Under the pieces are notes generated by a model. It worked only from the letters and a program-made list of their open reading frames with translations, ran no database searches and was not told where the DNA came from. A DNA stretch of 64,000 nucleotides. It comes from Eledone cirrhosa (taxonomy: Eukaryota). The stretch spans positions 372,001-436,000 of the forward strand of contig OZ024747.1 of the NCBI GenBank assembly GCA_964016885.1, read 5' to 3'. A program made the position numbers and the translations under genes. Below, one piece after another: positions 14,320 to 26,703 of the stretch. Numbering within the stretch: position 1 is the first letter of the stretch; every line of letters begins with the position of its first letter.

Positions 14320-14655
14320 ATCATCATCATCATTTTACGTCTGCTTTTCCCTGCTTGCAAGGGTGGGACGGGAACTGATTCTGGCTTGATTTCTACAGCT
14401 GAATGCCCTTCCTAACACCAACCTCATTTACAGTGAGTGCTGGGTGCTTTTTTTTCCATGGCGCCTCCACGACCACTTTGCAGTGGAATGATAGGGGTCC
14501 CAGTCCAATCATCTCATTTCTACAGCTGAATAAACTGGAGCAATGTGAAATAAAGTGTCTTGCTCAAGGAAACAACACATCACCCGGTCTGAGAATTGAA
14601 CTCACAACCTTTTGATTACAAGGCCAATGCTCTAACCACTAAGCCATGTGCCTCC
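14320..14655 (-). mobile_element. Full-length tRNA-derived SINE with RTE-derived 3' tail
   Basis: tRNA head (GGCACATGGCTTAGTGGTTAGAGC..GAGTTCAATTC), central core, 3' half shared with the RTE 3'UTR, (GAT)n tail. Confidence 0.9.
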
Positions 14656-15411
14656 ATATATATATATATATATCTCAACTAGAAATAGATTGACATATAT
14701 AAAATAAACACATGGAACAATCACAGGGAATAATTTGTAAAGAATGTAAGCACACATAGCTAGGTAGGTAACTAATTAAAGTTTAACTAGAACTTCAAAT
14801 ATATATACCTTTTAAAATGATTAATCTCCTTTGTATATATTTCTTTAAGTAAAAAACATATTTCACCAATTAATCAGTAAATCACAATAGTCAAATCCTG
14901 GATATGGCGCATGTCTCTCAGACATGACAACCCTTAATTTAATTTTGGATATATGTATATATATAAATATAATGTGTATGTGTATGGATACATAACCACA
15001 CTGTTTAGAGGAACAAGATAAGAAACCCTCACCCCAAAGAAAAATGTTATGATGCCTTCCAGTTTGTAATGGAAGCCATTGCAGTAAAGAAGTAATATAT
15101 GAATGTATATTGAAATATTATTAGATAGTCCCCTGAATAATGTGGGCAGGATGTGATAAGGGATCAGGGATTACAGGAAATAATAGGGTTTCTACATTTA
15201 TAAGGGATTCATGTATGTATGTATCTGTGTGTGAGTGCATACATGAATGCATGTGTGTGTATGTGTGTGCGCATGTCTGTTTGTATGTAATAATATATAT
15301 GTGAATATAAGAGATGGCAACATGAATGGACTTGTTATTTTTCTTTAAAAAAATGTTTGCCATTTCCGCCCTGCCCCACTCTTTCTATTTCTTTTTAAAT
15401 TTCTTATTCCA

Positions 15412-15447
15412 TCTTTTGATGAAGGAGTAGTGTCTGAAACGTTAAGA
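15412..15447 (+). ncRNA. Degenerate hammerhead (same family as 37204)
   Basis: TCTT-TTGATGA-AGGAGTAGTGTCT-GAAACGTTA-AGA; core C3 mutated. Confidence 0.5.
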
Positions 15448-15677
15448 CTCTTTTTCTACTATATTAAGCATAAAACTAATAATATATTTCTTCATTGTAC
15501 TTGTTATTTCTGTTTGCCTATATATATATAGTAGTAGTAGTAGTAGTAATATTTGTCGTAGAGGTTGTAGTGGTAGTAGTAGTAGTAGTGGTAGTGGTGT
15601 TAACCACCTATTGTTATTCTGTACAATGTAGATTATTTGGTTCAAGTACATTTAGTGCTGTTTGTATTCAAGGTTCC

Positions 15678-16270
15678 TGTGTGTGTGTGTGAGTGTGGTG
15701 TATGTGTGTGAGTGTGGTGTATGTGTGTGAGTGTGTGTGGTGTGTGGGTGTGTGGGTGAGTATGGTGTAGTGGTGTGGTGTGGTAGTGTGTGGTGGTGTG
15801 GTGTGGTGTGTATGGTGTGGTGTGTGGTGTGGTGTAGTGTGGTGTGGTGTGTGGTGGTGTGTGGTTTGGTGTGTGGTGGTGTGTGGTGTGGGGTGGTGGT
15901 ATGGTGTAGTGTGTGTGTATGGTGTGGTGTGGCGTGGTGTGTTGTGTGTGTGTGGTATGTGTGTGTATGGTGCGTCTGTGTCTGGTGTGTGTGTATATGG
16001 TGTGTGTGTCTGTGTGAGTGTGTATGGTGTGTCTGGTGTGTGTGTGTGTGTGTGTATGTGTGTGTCTGTGTGGTGTGGGTGTCTGTATGTGTATCTGTGT
16101 GTGTGTTTCTATGTGTTTGTATGTGTGTATATTTGTGTACATATTTGTGTGTGTATGTGTTTGTGTGTAAGTATGTATATTTGTGATGATGAATGTGTGT
16201 GTACCTGTGGATATTTGCAGTGACCAATGTGTGATTGTGTGTTATATGCACTAATACATGTGTGTATGTG
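15678..16270. repeat. GT/GTG-rich compound microsatellite
   Basis: (GT)n/(GTG)n mosaic. Confidence 0.95.
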
Positions 16271-16488
16271 TGGTGTTTAGATCAAAGAACCAAATACTTT
16301 GTGTAATTTGTTATATCAATGGATAGACTGTCTCCCATACTGTGTCAGGTGGGTATTGAATTTCGGATATATTCAATTTAATGTGTAATCCTCTGAGGAT
16401 GGAGAAGTACAAACTATATCTCTATATCGTTTTGTATATATAGATCTTGATTCTACGAATATTCACCTAACATTCTTCAAATAATTTG

Positions 16489-16569
<81 letters not shown>

Positions 16570-16642
16570 TGGAAAAATTAGCTCTTGAAACTTGTGTAAG
16601 TAATTAAAAGTGATTTAAAGCTAATTTTTCCATCTCTCTCTT

Positions 16643-16744
<102 letters not shown>

Positions 16745-16761
16745 CACATACATACATATAT

Positions 16762-18278
16762 ATCATCATCATCATTTAATGTCTATCTTCCACGCTAGCA
16801 TGGGTTTAGACGCGAATTGTCCCACGTGATGCAAGATTGGTTGGCCTGCTCATATAGGACTGTCTGGCAGGTTTTCTATGGCTGGATGCCCTTCCTAACA
16901 CCAACCACGTTTACAGTGTGGACTGGGAGGTTTTTACCATGTTACCTACACGGCCACATTACAGCGTGGACTGTGTGTTTTTTTTTTGTCGTGACACCTA
17001 CACAACCTCATTTATTTAGGACTGGATGTTGTTGTACCAACATAACTTTACAGCGAAAGGGGTGGTGTAGGTGGGGGTGGAGGTAGGGGTAGGGGGATAG
17101 GGGTGTATTTTGGCTAAGAGGTGCCTACTGACTGTAGGTTTCGCTTTGTACTTAGGCAAGGTGGGTCTTCTGTATTACTGCGTAGTGCCAAAGATCTCGG
17201 TCCAGTGACATTGTCTTGGAGAGGTGTAAGTGTGTAAGGCTGGAATTTATCAAATCGTCCCAGGTTTTTCTGGGTCTGCCTACTCTGTAGGTGCTGTCTA
17301 TTTTGATCACCCTGCACTTTTTTATACAGCTGTCGTCTTTCATGCACATCATGTGACCATACCAACGTAGTCTTCTCTCGAGTAAACAGCATCTGATCCC
17401 TCTTATTCCTAATTTCTCACTTAGTTCATTTATGCTTTGCCGTTCATGTATATTACTATAACACATCCAATGGAGCATGCAAGCTTCGTTCCTCTCCAGT
17501 CTGACCATGTCTCACTGCCATGTAACATTGGTGTTCGTATGCAGGCATCATACAGTCTGCCTTTCATTTTTAGATAGAAACCTTTAGCGGCCAATAGTGG
17601 TATAAGCTCTCTGAACTTTTTCCATCCCGTTCTGACTCAAGCTACTGTACTTTCAGAGCACCCTCCACCACTGCTGATTTTGTCATCCAGGTAACGGAAG
17701 GTGTCTACTATTTCTATAGAACCATCTGAGCAATGGAAGGAGCTAGTATCCTGTGGGCACTTGCTACTACTTATTGTACCTGAGCACCGGCCACATATAA
17801 AATCTATGTTCTTAGTTAGCTTACCTGTGATCCCACTACATCTTTTATGCACCCATACTTTGCATTTGGCACATAAAATGGAGTTTCTGCCTACTCCTTT
17901 CCTACACACTGAGCATGGCCATTTCCCAGAGGGGACCAGTGCCCTATTTTCTTTCCTACATACTAGCACTTTAGTCTTAGACAAGTTAATTTTAAGACCT
18001 TTTGATTCTAGGCCATGCTTCCATGTTTGGAATTTCTTCTCTAGTTCAGCCATTGATTCAGCTATGAGCGTTAGGTCATCTGCATATAGAAGTTCCCATG
18101 GGCAGCTGGTCTTGAACTCCTCTGCTATAGCCTGAAGGGCAATAATTAATAGGAGGGGGCTAAGGACAGAGCCCTGATGAACACCAACTTTTACGCTAAA
18201 CTCTTCACTATATTCGTTGTTAATTCTAACCTTGCTGTTTCTTTATACATGGCTTGTATAGCTCTCACAAGCCATTCA
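16762..18278 (-). mobile_element. 5'-truncated RTE LINE, second subfamily, degraded
   Basis: HQGSVLSPLL, WELLYADD, KWPCSVCRKG, FRYLDD, RRLRWYGH in broken frames; distinct 3'UTR also seen at 44966-45473(+). Confidence 0.9.
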
Positions 18279-18329
18279 TATCATCATCATTTCATTTTAC
18301 GTCTGCTTTTCATATATATATATATATAT

Positions 18330-19025
18330 GAATGCCATACGAACTGTTGCTTACGGACATACGTTGTATTCAAGGTAGAATGTGACAAGTGTAACCACTA
18401 GTATATCGGTAGCACAATCCGGCCGCTACATATCCGGATCAAGGAGCACATCAACACCAGGGTCTCGTCTTTCCAGAAACACATAACCAAATGCGGAAAC
18501 AAAGACGGAAGGCCCATTGTCACAGTGCTAGCGACAGAATGCAACGACGGCACGTTACAAATCAAGGAAGCACTTAGGATCAAACGCCTAGGGCCACAAA
18601 TAAATAACCGATCCGAGAGAAGCAAGATGAGGTGGTTGGTGCAAACAAACGAGACAACAACACACGCAGTGGCATTTGAACGATTGTTATTGTGTGTGTA
18701 GCACCGCCACCTTCCACCGACCAACAAGCGACCAGGCAGACTACTACCATACGACTATACTACACTGCTAATACCAAAAACCAGCACAGATGAATAGTAC
18801 AATGGATTGACAGCTAACGCCATCCCACTCCCACAATTAAAAGAACTGCTTCAATCTTTGCTTGACCGCACCTATTCCGCGCGCACATGCGATCTGCAGA
18901 ATACCTCAGGTAGTCACAAACAGCGAACAGCAGAGGGCATGTACCGTTCCTCTCCGACCGATAACTCCACACACACACAACCATCAATTACCTGTACTAG
19001 ACACAGAGCTCTGGTTAGAAACCGT
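18330..19025 (+). mobile_element. Penelope-like element, second family: GIY-YIG remnant plus 3' region
   Basis: CCLRTYVVFKVECDKCNH*YIGSTIRPLHIRIKEH..FQKH..LQIKEALRIKRLGPQINNRSE, with one TAG. Confidence 0.85.
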
Positions 19026-19029
19026 TAAT

Positions 19030-20356
19030 AACAAAAAATAAATCCTCCATTCCCATTATGCCAAACCCATGACTTCCAAATATCTGATCCACCAAAACTC
19101 AGCTGTTTCGAATCACACCAAAATCAACATACTGATTGCGGATTTGGTACGGGTGATGAGAAATGTGTCCCACATGTGCAACCCCAAAGAACTAGAGAGA
19201 CACATACAACACTTCATCCACCGTATGCAGTTCTCTGGTTACAATCAGAGAGATAAAATCAGACTATATAGAGGAGCCAGAACCAAATGGGAAAAAATGG
19301 TAAATAATGATACAAATGAGACCTGCCCCTTGTACAGGAGAACATTTTGGAATAGAATAGAATAGAAAGAACTAGGAATAAGGCTAATAGAATAAACTCA
19401 TGGTATGATAGCAATAAATATCAGAGTGTAATGTTCATCAATACAACCCCAAGAGGTGAATTAACTTACAAATTTAGAAGGGCCCTAGATAAACATAAAC
19501 TTAATATTAAGATAGTAGAAAGACCAGGTACCTCCATAAAAACACTTATTAGCAATACATACCCTTTTCAAAGACCTCCCTATATAGATAAGAAATGCAT
19601 AATCTGTAAATTAAACCCCCATATTAACTGTAAAACTAGAAATGTAGTATATAGCATAAGATGTACTGAAGGACAATGTTAAGATAAGAATATAGTGTAC
19701 ATGTACATAGGTGAGACAGCTCGTAGCATAGGAGAACGGTTAAATGAATACTGGCGAGAACTTCAAGATAAAAAAGAATCATCAATACTCCACCAACATG
19801 CTAAAATAGAACATAAGGGCAAATTAGAGAACATAGAAATAAAAATAGAATCTACACAGAAAAGACGCAATGTTTAGACAAATCACAGAGGCAATAAACA
19901 TAAATGAACTCCAACCAAAATTAAATAGAAAACATGAATGGAATAGCAACATCACAACTTACAATTAAGGACAAAATGAAAACACACATAGAACAAACAA
20001 CTAACCAGTAACATGTAAATAAACAAATAAATAAACAAATAAAAACACACACAGACACCCGGATGTAACACATGCGCAAACTAAGTACACAACACACACA
20101 AAAACAAGATGGCGTAGGACAAAACAAAGGAGAGGCACAAAACAAAGAAAAGAATCCCCAGTCACTGAAGAGGTTACAGAATGTGTGACGAAAGAACTTT
20201 GACAATATATGAACAACCGTCCGGTTATGGAACCAACCAACCGTAAATTTATAAATTCTTAAATTTATAAATTTAATTTATAATAAATTGGAGTGAAAGC
20301 AACTGGTGCGTGTGTTTCTTATTGGCAATATGACCCTCCCAAAGCATAACAATATA
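19030..20356 (+). mobile_element. Penelope-like element family A (RT thumb + GIY-YIG + pLTR with hammerhead at 20161-20203), degraded
   Basis: HYAKPMTSKY..SA..RVMRN..MQFSGY..ERPGTS..NVVYSIRC..YIGETARSIGER; diverged relative of 58730-61170. Confidence 0.92.
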
Positions 20357-20440
20357 TATACACACACACACATACACACATACATACACACACTTATTCA
20401 GAATAATAATAAATGAAGACATTCACATAATCAAAATATG

Positions 20441-20502
20441 TTTTATTATATATATTTCGAAGGTACTGTGCTGTTTTTTCAGTACATCCTCGTCAGATAA
20501 AA
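20441..20502 (-). ncRNA. Type-I hammerhead ribozyme
   Basis: Minus strand: TTTTAT-CTGACGA-GGATGTACTG..CAGTACCTTC-GAAA-TATATAT-A-ATAAAA. Confidence 0.75.
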
Positions 20503-20783
20503 TACATGAATTGATGTATGACATACCTCAACGGTCTTGAAAGTTCAATTCCAGTATTTGAATTCAAAATTGGAATACCAATCCAAGGATTGATATTCTA
20601 ATTTTGAATTTGTTTACAGTATTCTTTCTTCCTTTGTTAATATTATAGCTTTAAAGAATTAGCTTTTAATGAACTCCCTTTTCTTTAAATCCTTCAACCA
20701 ATGACCTTCACCCTTCCCAATCCCCACCCTCTCCTACCACCAGATAAGGAAAGACATAAATACTACCATTTACTTGGACAGCC

Positions 20784-20834
20784 AGCTTCCTGATGATTTC
20801 TCACATATGAAACGGTTCTAGTACTGTAGAAGCT
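20784..20834 (+). ncRNA. Degenerate hammerhead
   Basis: AGCTTC-CTGATGA-(eroded stem II)-GAAACGGT..ACTGTA-GAAGCT. Confidence 0.5.
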
Positions 20835-21063
20835 CTTCTATATTAAAACTTTTATACTCTGCTATGTATTGAGTACCTTACTTATTGTGGTTACCTCCGA
20901 TTCAACCCAGAATAACTTATATATATATATATATAAGCAAAAAAGTGTTGCTAAAATCCAGTACTTCAGTATGTGGATAGGGAGCACTTAACGACGATAT
21001 AGATTACGGAGTTATAATAGTGACAAAACATAAGTCAATTGTATGAACTCATAATCCCTTATT

Positions 21064-21120
21064 TACCACTATATATATTTTGATGATAGCCATTGTATGG
21101 CTATGACCTCTTCAGGCAGT
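21064..21120 (-). ncRNA. Degenerate hammerhead
   Basis: Minus strand: ACTGC-CTGAAGA-GGTCATAGCCAT(ACA)ATGGCTATCATC-AAAA-TATATATA-GTGGT; GAAA mutated to AAAA. Confidence 0.55.
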
Positions 21121-23984
21121 TAGTAAGTTCTTAGATATGCCAGCTCTGGGTTTTTGGTGTTGATGGTTTTAGAGCCTTGGGACATCCCGTCCCACCCTTG
21201 CAAGCAGGGAAAAGTGGACGTAAAATGATGATGATTTACTACCAAAGTTTTCATTTTGGGTTACATTCTAAGATAATCCATTAGTTTTAAAAAATTTTGT
21301 TCTACTCTTTTTATGAGACTGATCTAGCAATTCTGATGAGATGGTCTCTACTGGAATGTCTTTGATCATAGGTCTGCTGAGTCTCAGGGCTGATCTGGGA
21401 CTAAACACCAGCAGCTTTTCAACCATAACATTTTAATTTTACTTCCACCATGTTTGCATTCAATCTAGTCTAGATAAGATGTTGTCCATCAGACAGATGG
21501 ATAGATTTACAAGAATTGTTAGGGTCAATGATTTCCTATGCTTGGTTACACAACAGTTCTCTTCCATTATTAACTCTTCTGGAAGATGGACGTTAAATGA
21601 TGATGATGTACAGTTGAGTCTGTTTCACTTGGTGAAGGAGGAAACATAGTATAATGCCTTCGTAAAACATCTTTCAACCAATTAATGGAAATAAATGGAC
21701 CTCCATTGCTTTCAACGATGCATATTCCAGTTATCTGGTCAGTGGAAATGTGTTCCATTAATGTATTTCTCAGGGAGATTCAGTCATTGTGTGACAATAC
21801 TGGCTCTTTCAATTATAAGTCTAGTACAATGGGTTTCTAAACATTGTTTATCCAATTTCACTCGTATGTCTTGGGATTGATCTGAGTCTGGTAAAAAACC
21901 CTAAGTTGTCTACACAGTAGAACTGAACCTGGGATCTCATAATCAGTAAAAAGATCCATTAACCATTTCACCATGTTGTACCCAGTTAATCAGTGAAGAT
22001 ACGTGGCTTAGTGGTTAGAGAATTGGATTTCAAATCATGAGGTTGTGAGTGTGATTCCTAGAACGGGCAATTTCACATAGCCCTTTCCGCCAGTTGTTGT
22101 CTATATTCATAAGTAACAAGCACTGACATGGACTTGTCAAGCAGAAACTATTGTACAATTCACTGACTCAGCACCTCTGCCCCAGTGATGCATGTCTGGA
22201 CAGAATGTGGGGTGGGGAGCAGTCTTGGTGTGTGGGCCTATGTGTAGGCTGTCTTGTGGCCCCAGCAGACGGAATGGGGAAACATTGCCCAGAGAATGGT
22301 GAGGGAGATGTGTTAAAATAGCTACTCCAACACGTGGGGATCACACCTGTGGGTAGCCAACTCCACCCCTAGGGAGGTGGTCTCCACTGCCACAGGTTTG
22401 ACCACAAACTTATCAGAGAGTGACTGATCAACAGTTTTCCCTCCTCAGCCTGATGAGCAGCGAAGCCTGGTTTAATCAACAAATGTAGCAACCCAGATGA
22501 GAGGGTAATCACCATGGAATGGGAAGATAGTTATGCTGTCTAGCCTTTTGCCATCCCCTTTGTCCATCCCTGTTAACTCAAGCTGAGAAGGAAAGCCTGT
22601 GGCATCCAGGCCACTCCCCACTCAAATTTGTGAAAATGAGACAGAGAGAAATGGAAAGAAAGGAAAGCAGTGGCAGATTTAGGACAAATGAGGCCCTGTA
22701 TGTACTAGTAAGTTATGAGGCCCTGTACTAGTTATGTTATGAGGCCCTGTACTAGTAAGTTATGAAGCTCCTTACATTTGAAAAATTCATCATAAAAACA
22801 TTTGTTGGCAGAAAGATGGTACCTTCTCCTGGTCAAGCGGGGGGAGGGGGGGGGGGGGCTGTGCATAGTTAAGCACAATGGTAAATCTGGCACTGAACAA
22901 GAGAGAAGGAAAAATTGAAAGAAAAAAGATAAGGAATCATAAAAGAAAAAAAAGGAAGGAAATGAAATTGTCAAGTTTGGTAATGTGTGTTCGTGTCGGG
23001 AGGTGGGGATTGCTAAGAATGAAAATGTAAAAGAGAAAGAAGAAAACAAGAAAAGAAAACGAAGGAAAGAAGTAAGCAATGTAGGAAAAAGAAGGAAAGA
23101 AAGTAAGAAATGTAGTATGGAAGGAAATAGATACAAAGAAAGGAAGAAAATAAAAGAGAGAGTATGATAGGAGAGGGAGCAGAGAAAGAAAAAGAAATGA
23201 ATAGAGAAATAAATTTAAAAAAAAGAAAGACAAAGAACAAAAGAAAATAAAAGGAAAAAGGAAGGAAGGAAGAAATGAAGAAAGAACAGCCTGAGATAAA
23301 ATATGAAGAGAGACAGAAAAATAGAAAATGGGGAAATATAGGAGAGAGAGATGTAATGAAGATGACGTAATAGGTTGTACTTGTTCTCCTCCTACCAGTA
23401 CCACCACTGTCATCAAATAATAAACCAGAACTGCTAATGTGGTGAGATGGATCTTTGAGTCTGTGACAACTACAGTATCAATGAGGGGCTGCCTCTACAG
23501 GCTTGTTCAGTTTGCTAAAAATAGTAGCAAAAGCTCCCTAAATTTACAACCTATTGTTTTAATATAAAGTAAAGGACACATTCAATAATGTACTTCTAGA
23601 TACACTATGCCATATAAAAAAGACAGGATGTTCATAACTGGAATGCTTTTGATCATATGTCTATTGAACCATGGTTTACCTGTGGCTAAACAACATCTAC
23701 CGAGCATAACAACATCATCAAGCAGCCAGCTACCAACCAACTGGTGGTGATGGTGATATGGTGCAGTGGCGTGGTGGTTATGGTGTTGGTGGTGTTAGTA
23801 GTGGAGGGAAGGAGTGTGGGAACTTTTGCCATGACAACAAGCAGGGGAAAGTTGTTGCACAAATCATCATATAAGCTGACCAATAACTTGCCAGTTGCAG
23901 TGTCTTGTGACACACTCTCATGTTGTTGTTGTTGTGTTTGTGTTACGTACTTAAGGTGTCTCCTCGTCCTCTTCTTCATCAATG

Positions 23985-24470
23985 TTGTCACCATCATAAT
24001 TATTATTAGCATCATTATTGTCATTACCACCACCACAACCACCACCACCACCACCATCTCCACCATCATTATTGTCATTACCACCACCACCACCATCATT
24101 ATTGTCATTACCACAACCACCATCACCACCATCATTATTGTCATCACCACCACCACCATCATTATCGTCACCACCACCACCACCATCATTATCGTCACCA
24201 CCACCACCATCATTATTGTCATTACCACCACCACCACCATCATTATTGTCATTACCACCACCACAACCATCACCACCGCAACCATCACCCCCACCCCCAC
24301 CATCACCACCCCCACCCCCACCATCACCACCACCACAACCATCATCACCACCACCATCATTATTGTCACCACCACCACCACCACCACCACAACCATCATC
24401 ACCACCATCATCATCACTATCATTATAGCAATAACCACAGCCATTATCAACATCACCAACACTATCATCA
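23985..24470. repeat. (CAC/CAT)n trinucleotide mosaic with ~27-30 bp higher-order unit
   Basis: Repeated ACCACCACCATCATTATTGTCA. Confidence 0.92.
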
Positions 24471-24548
24471 TTTGTTTGTCTTGTATATTCTCCTCCTCCT
24501 TTTCCTGTAATCTTAGAAAGATAGATAGAGAGAGACAGAGATAGATAT

Positions 24549-24797
24549 GTTTCTTTATTAGCCACAGGGGCACAAAAGAAGGGGACAATTACAAGGGGGG
24601 GGGGTTACATACAATAAAAACGTGTAAAATGTTATCACAATTGTAAATTAAAAGTTAATCGATTTTCCCCAATAGGGGGAGACAGTTCGTATGGGTAGCA
24701 CATACTCCCGAAAAAAATGTCCAACCTTCATCTCTAGGAGTATGAAGAGTTTGTACCCCTTTCCTCTCTTCCTCTTTTTCCTCAACCTACAGGCTGA
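24549..24797 (-). mobile_element. Probable L1/Tx1-like LINE 3' end
   Basis: Unique segment ending GGCTAATAAAGAAA on the minus strand, inserted in a (GATA/GA)n tract; no coding motif seen. Confidence 0.35.
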
Positions 24798-25134
24798 TAG
24801 AGATAGAGAGATATAGATAGATAGAGACAGAGATAGATAGCGACAGAGATAGATAGATAGAGAGAGAGAGAGACATAGATAGAGAGAGAGGGAGGTTGAT
24901 AAATAGTCAGACATATAAAGAGATAGAGACAGATATATAGATAGATGTAGTTTGTCGTTGCTGGGCAATAATGACAACTATGCATTTATTTCAAATTTTT
25001 TATTTACATGTCTCCCCCGAAAAAGTCACCTTTATGAGGAAGGTGTCCCCTTTATGAGGAAGGATTTCTTTATTAATTTGGTCAATTTATAATGTTTGTA
25101 TAAACAATGTTTGTTGTTTTTCCACCTGACTTCC

Positions 25135-25570
25135 TACTCTTGAAAAGCCAATGTACAGTTGACCATAGGTAAAGCAGCGCTCTTACACCGGCAACTAAAA
25201 ATGTTTGTCCTTGTGATTTGTTGATGGTCATGGCAACACTAAGACCCACTGGAAATTGAAGTCGTTTGAATTAAAATGGGACATTAGTGGGGATGAGAAG
25301 ATTTCTTGGAATGAACCCATCCTCTCCCCTACCACATTCTGTTGAAATGGTGGCTTAAATCACATGTGGATAGATATTTTTCACAACCAATTGATGGGAC
25401 TTATATCAATAGGTCCCTATCTATCTACAGGAAGTCCTCTGTCCTCAAGCATTAATAGATTCTGGGTGAACTGCTCTGATTGTTCATCTCTACTTTATTT
25501 CACTTAATTATCTCAATTATTATTTATTTTGAGAACAATACCTTAACATAAGTATGTGCAACCAATTATG
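25135..25570 (-). mobile_element. Helitron PIF1-like helicase C-terminal relic
   Basis: Minus translation EDGFIPR..IPTNVPF*FKRLQFPVGLSVAMTINKSQGQT..CFTYGQLYIGFSR matches Helitron helicase motifs V/VI. Confidence 0.85.
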
Positions 25571-25853
25571 GCCAGTTGGAACAGAAAGAGGTGAGAGAAT
25601 TCTGGCCAGATATGGCTTGTTTAAATGCTAAAAGGTTAAAATACAAAGAGAGACAGATAGATATTAGAGATAGGTATTCTGACAGTTGTGGATTTTAATG
25701 ATATTCTATATTGGTGATTTGAAGTTGATTTATATCTCATAACAATTACATTTTTTGATAAATGACAAACCCTAAAACCGTTTTTCTCTAGGGTGTACCA
25801 TTTCAGAGCCTTTGAGAGACATACGCATATACACACATACACTCTCATTTATA

Positions 25854-25888
<35 letters not shown>

Positions 25889-26703
25889 AAGAGAGAGAGA
25901 GAGAGGAAGAAAGGTGGGACAGCTGAAGATGTGCAGGAAAAGTTGTTCTGTCTTATGTTGCTGAGTCATCTTTTATGTGAAATGGGTTGCAAGTAGGGGT
26001 TGTTGTGTATAGCATGAGACTGTCTCTGTATATGTGTACCCTTGCTAGCAGGGACTGGATGTTTAAATGATGTTAAAACAATAATGACGATGATGTATGT
26101 ATGTGAAAGAGAGTGTATATATACACACACATAAGGAACAGGAATGAAGTATTATTATTATTAATGCTGGATTGGCAGTATCGGTACTTTACCATCTGAG
26201 TTCAAATCCCACCAATGTTAACTTTGCCTTTCATCCTTACGGTGTTGATAAAATAAAGTACCAGTAATGCACTGGGATAATTGCTGCCCTTGTGCCAAAA
26301 GTAGAAACAATTATTATTAACGCTCTGCTTCTTAAGGATACCAACTTTGGTGAATAGCAAACATAGAATATGACATCGGAAGTGAGACCTATTGTGTGTT
26401 GAAACTGGTGAACCAATATTAACTAAATCTTACCCTAAATATATGTATGTGTATATATATATAACTGTGGATTAAACAACCTCGCCAGCCAGCAATTGGC
26501 CAAGCATGGTAAGTATGGCTACACCCCAAAAATATCACCTGGCAGTAATTAAAGGTACAATATTACATGCAAAAAGGGGTGAAGGACATGGGTGGAGTGT
26601 TAGGGTGTTGGAGGTGTATGGAAGGGGTATATTTAATTACCTATATTATCATTACTTAAAAATGATAGATTTATGTACCACCATCAATGTCATGCTAAGA
26701 ATG

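Noticed and set aside
14580-14655. tRNA genes
   Set aside because: tRNA-like heads are fused to SINE bodies; no complete cloverleaf.
18398-18400. In-frame stop in a PLE as possible selenocysteine recoding
   Set aside because: The codon is TAG, not TGA, and no SECIS was recognised.
22445-22475. CTGATGA motif (similar cases near 16394 and 45658)
   Set aside because: No stem II-GAAA-stem III arrangement; not counted as hammerheads.
23686-24588. Poly-V/T/G ORFs, and YIYI/HTHT/VCVC ORFs elsewhere
   Set aside because: Microsatellite artefacts.
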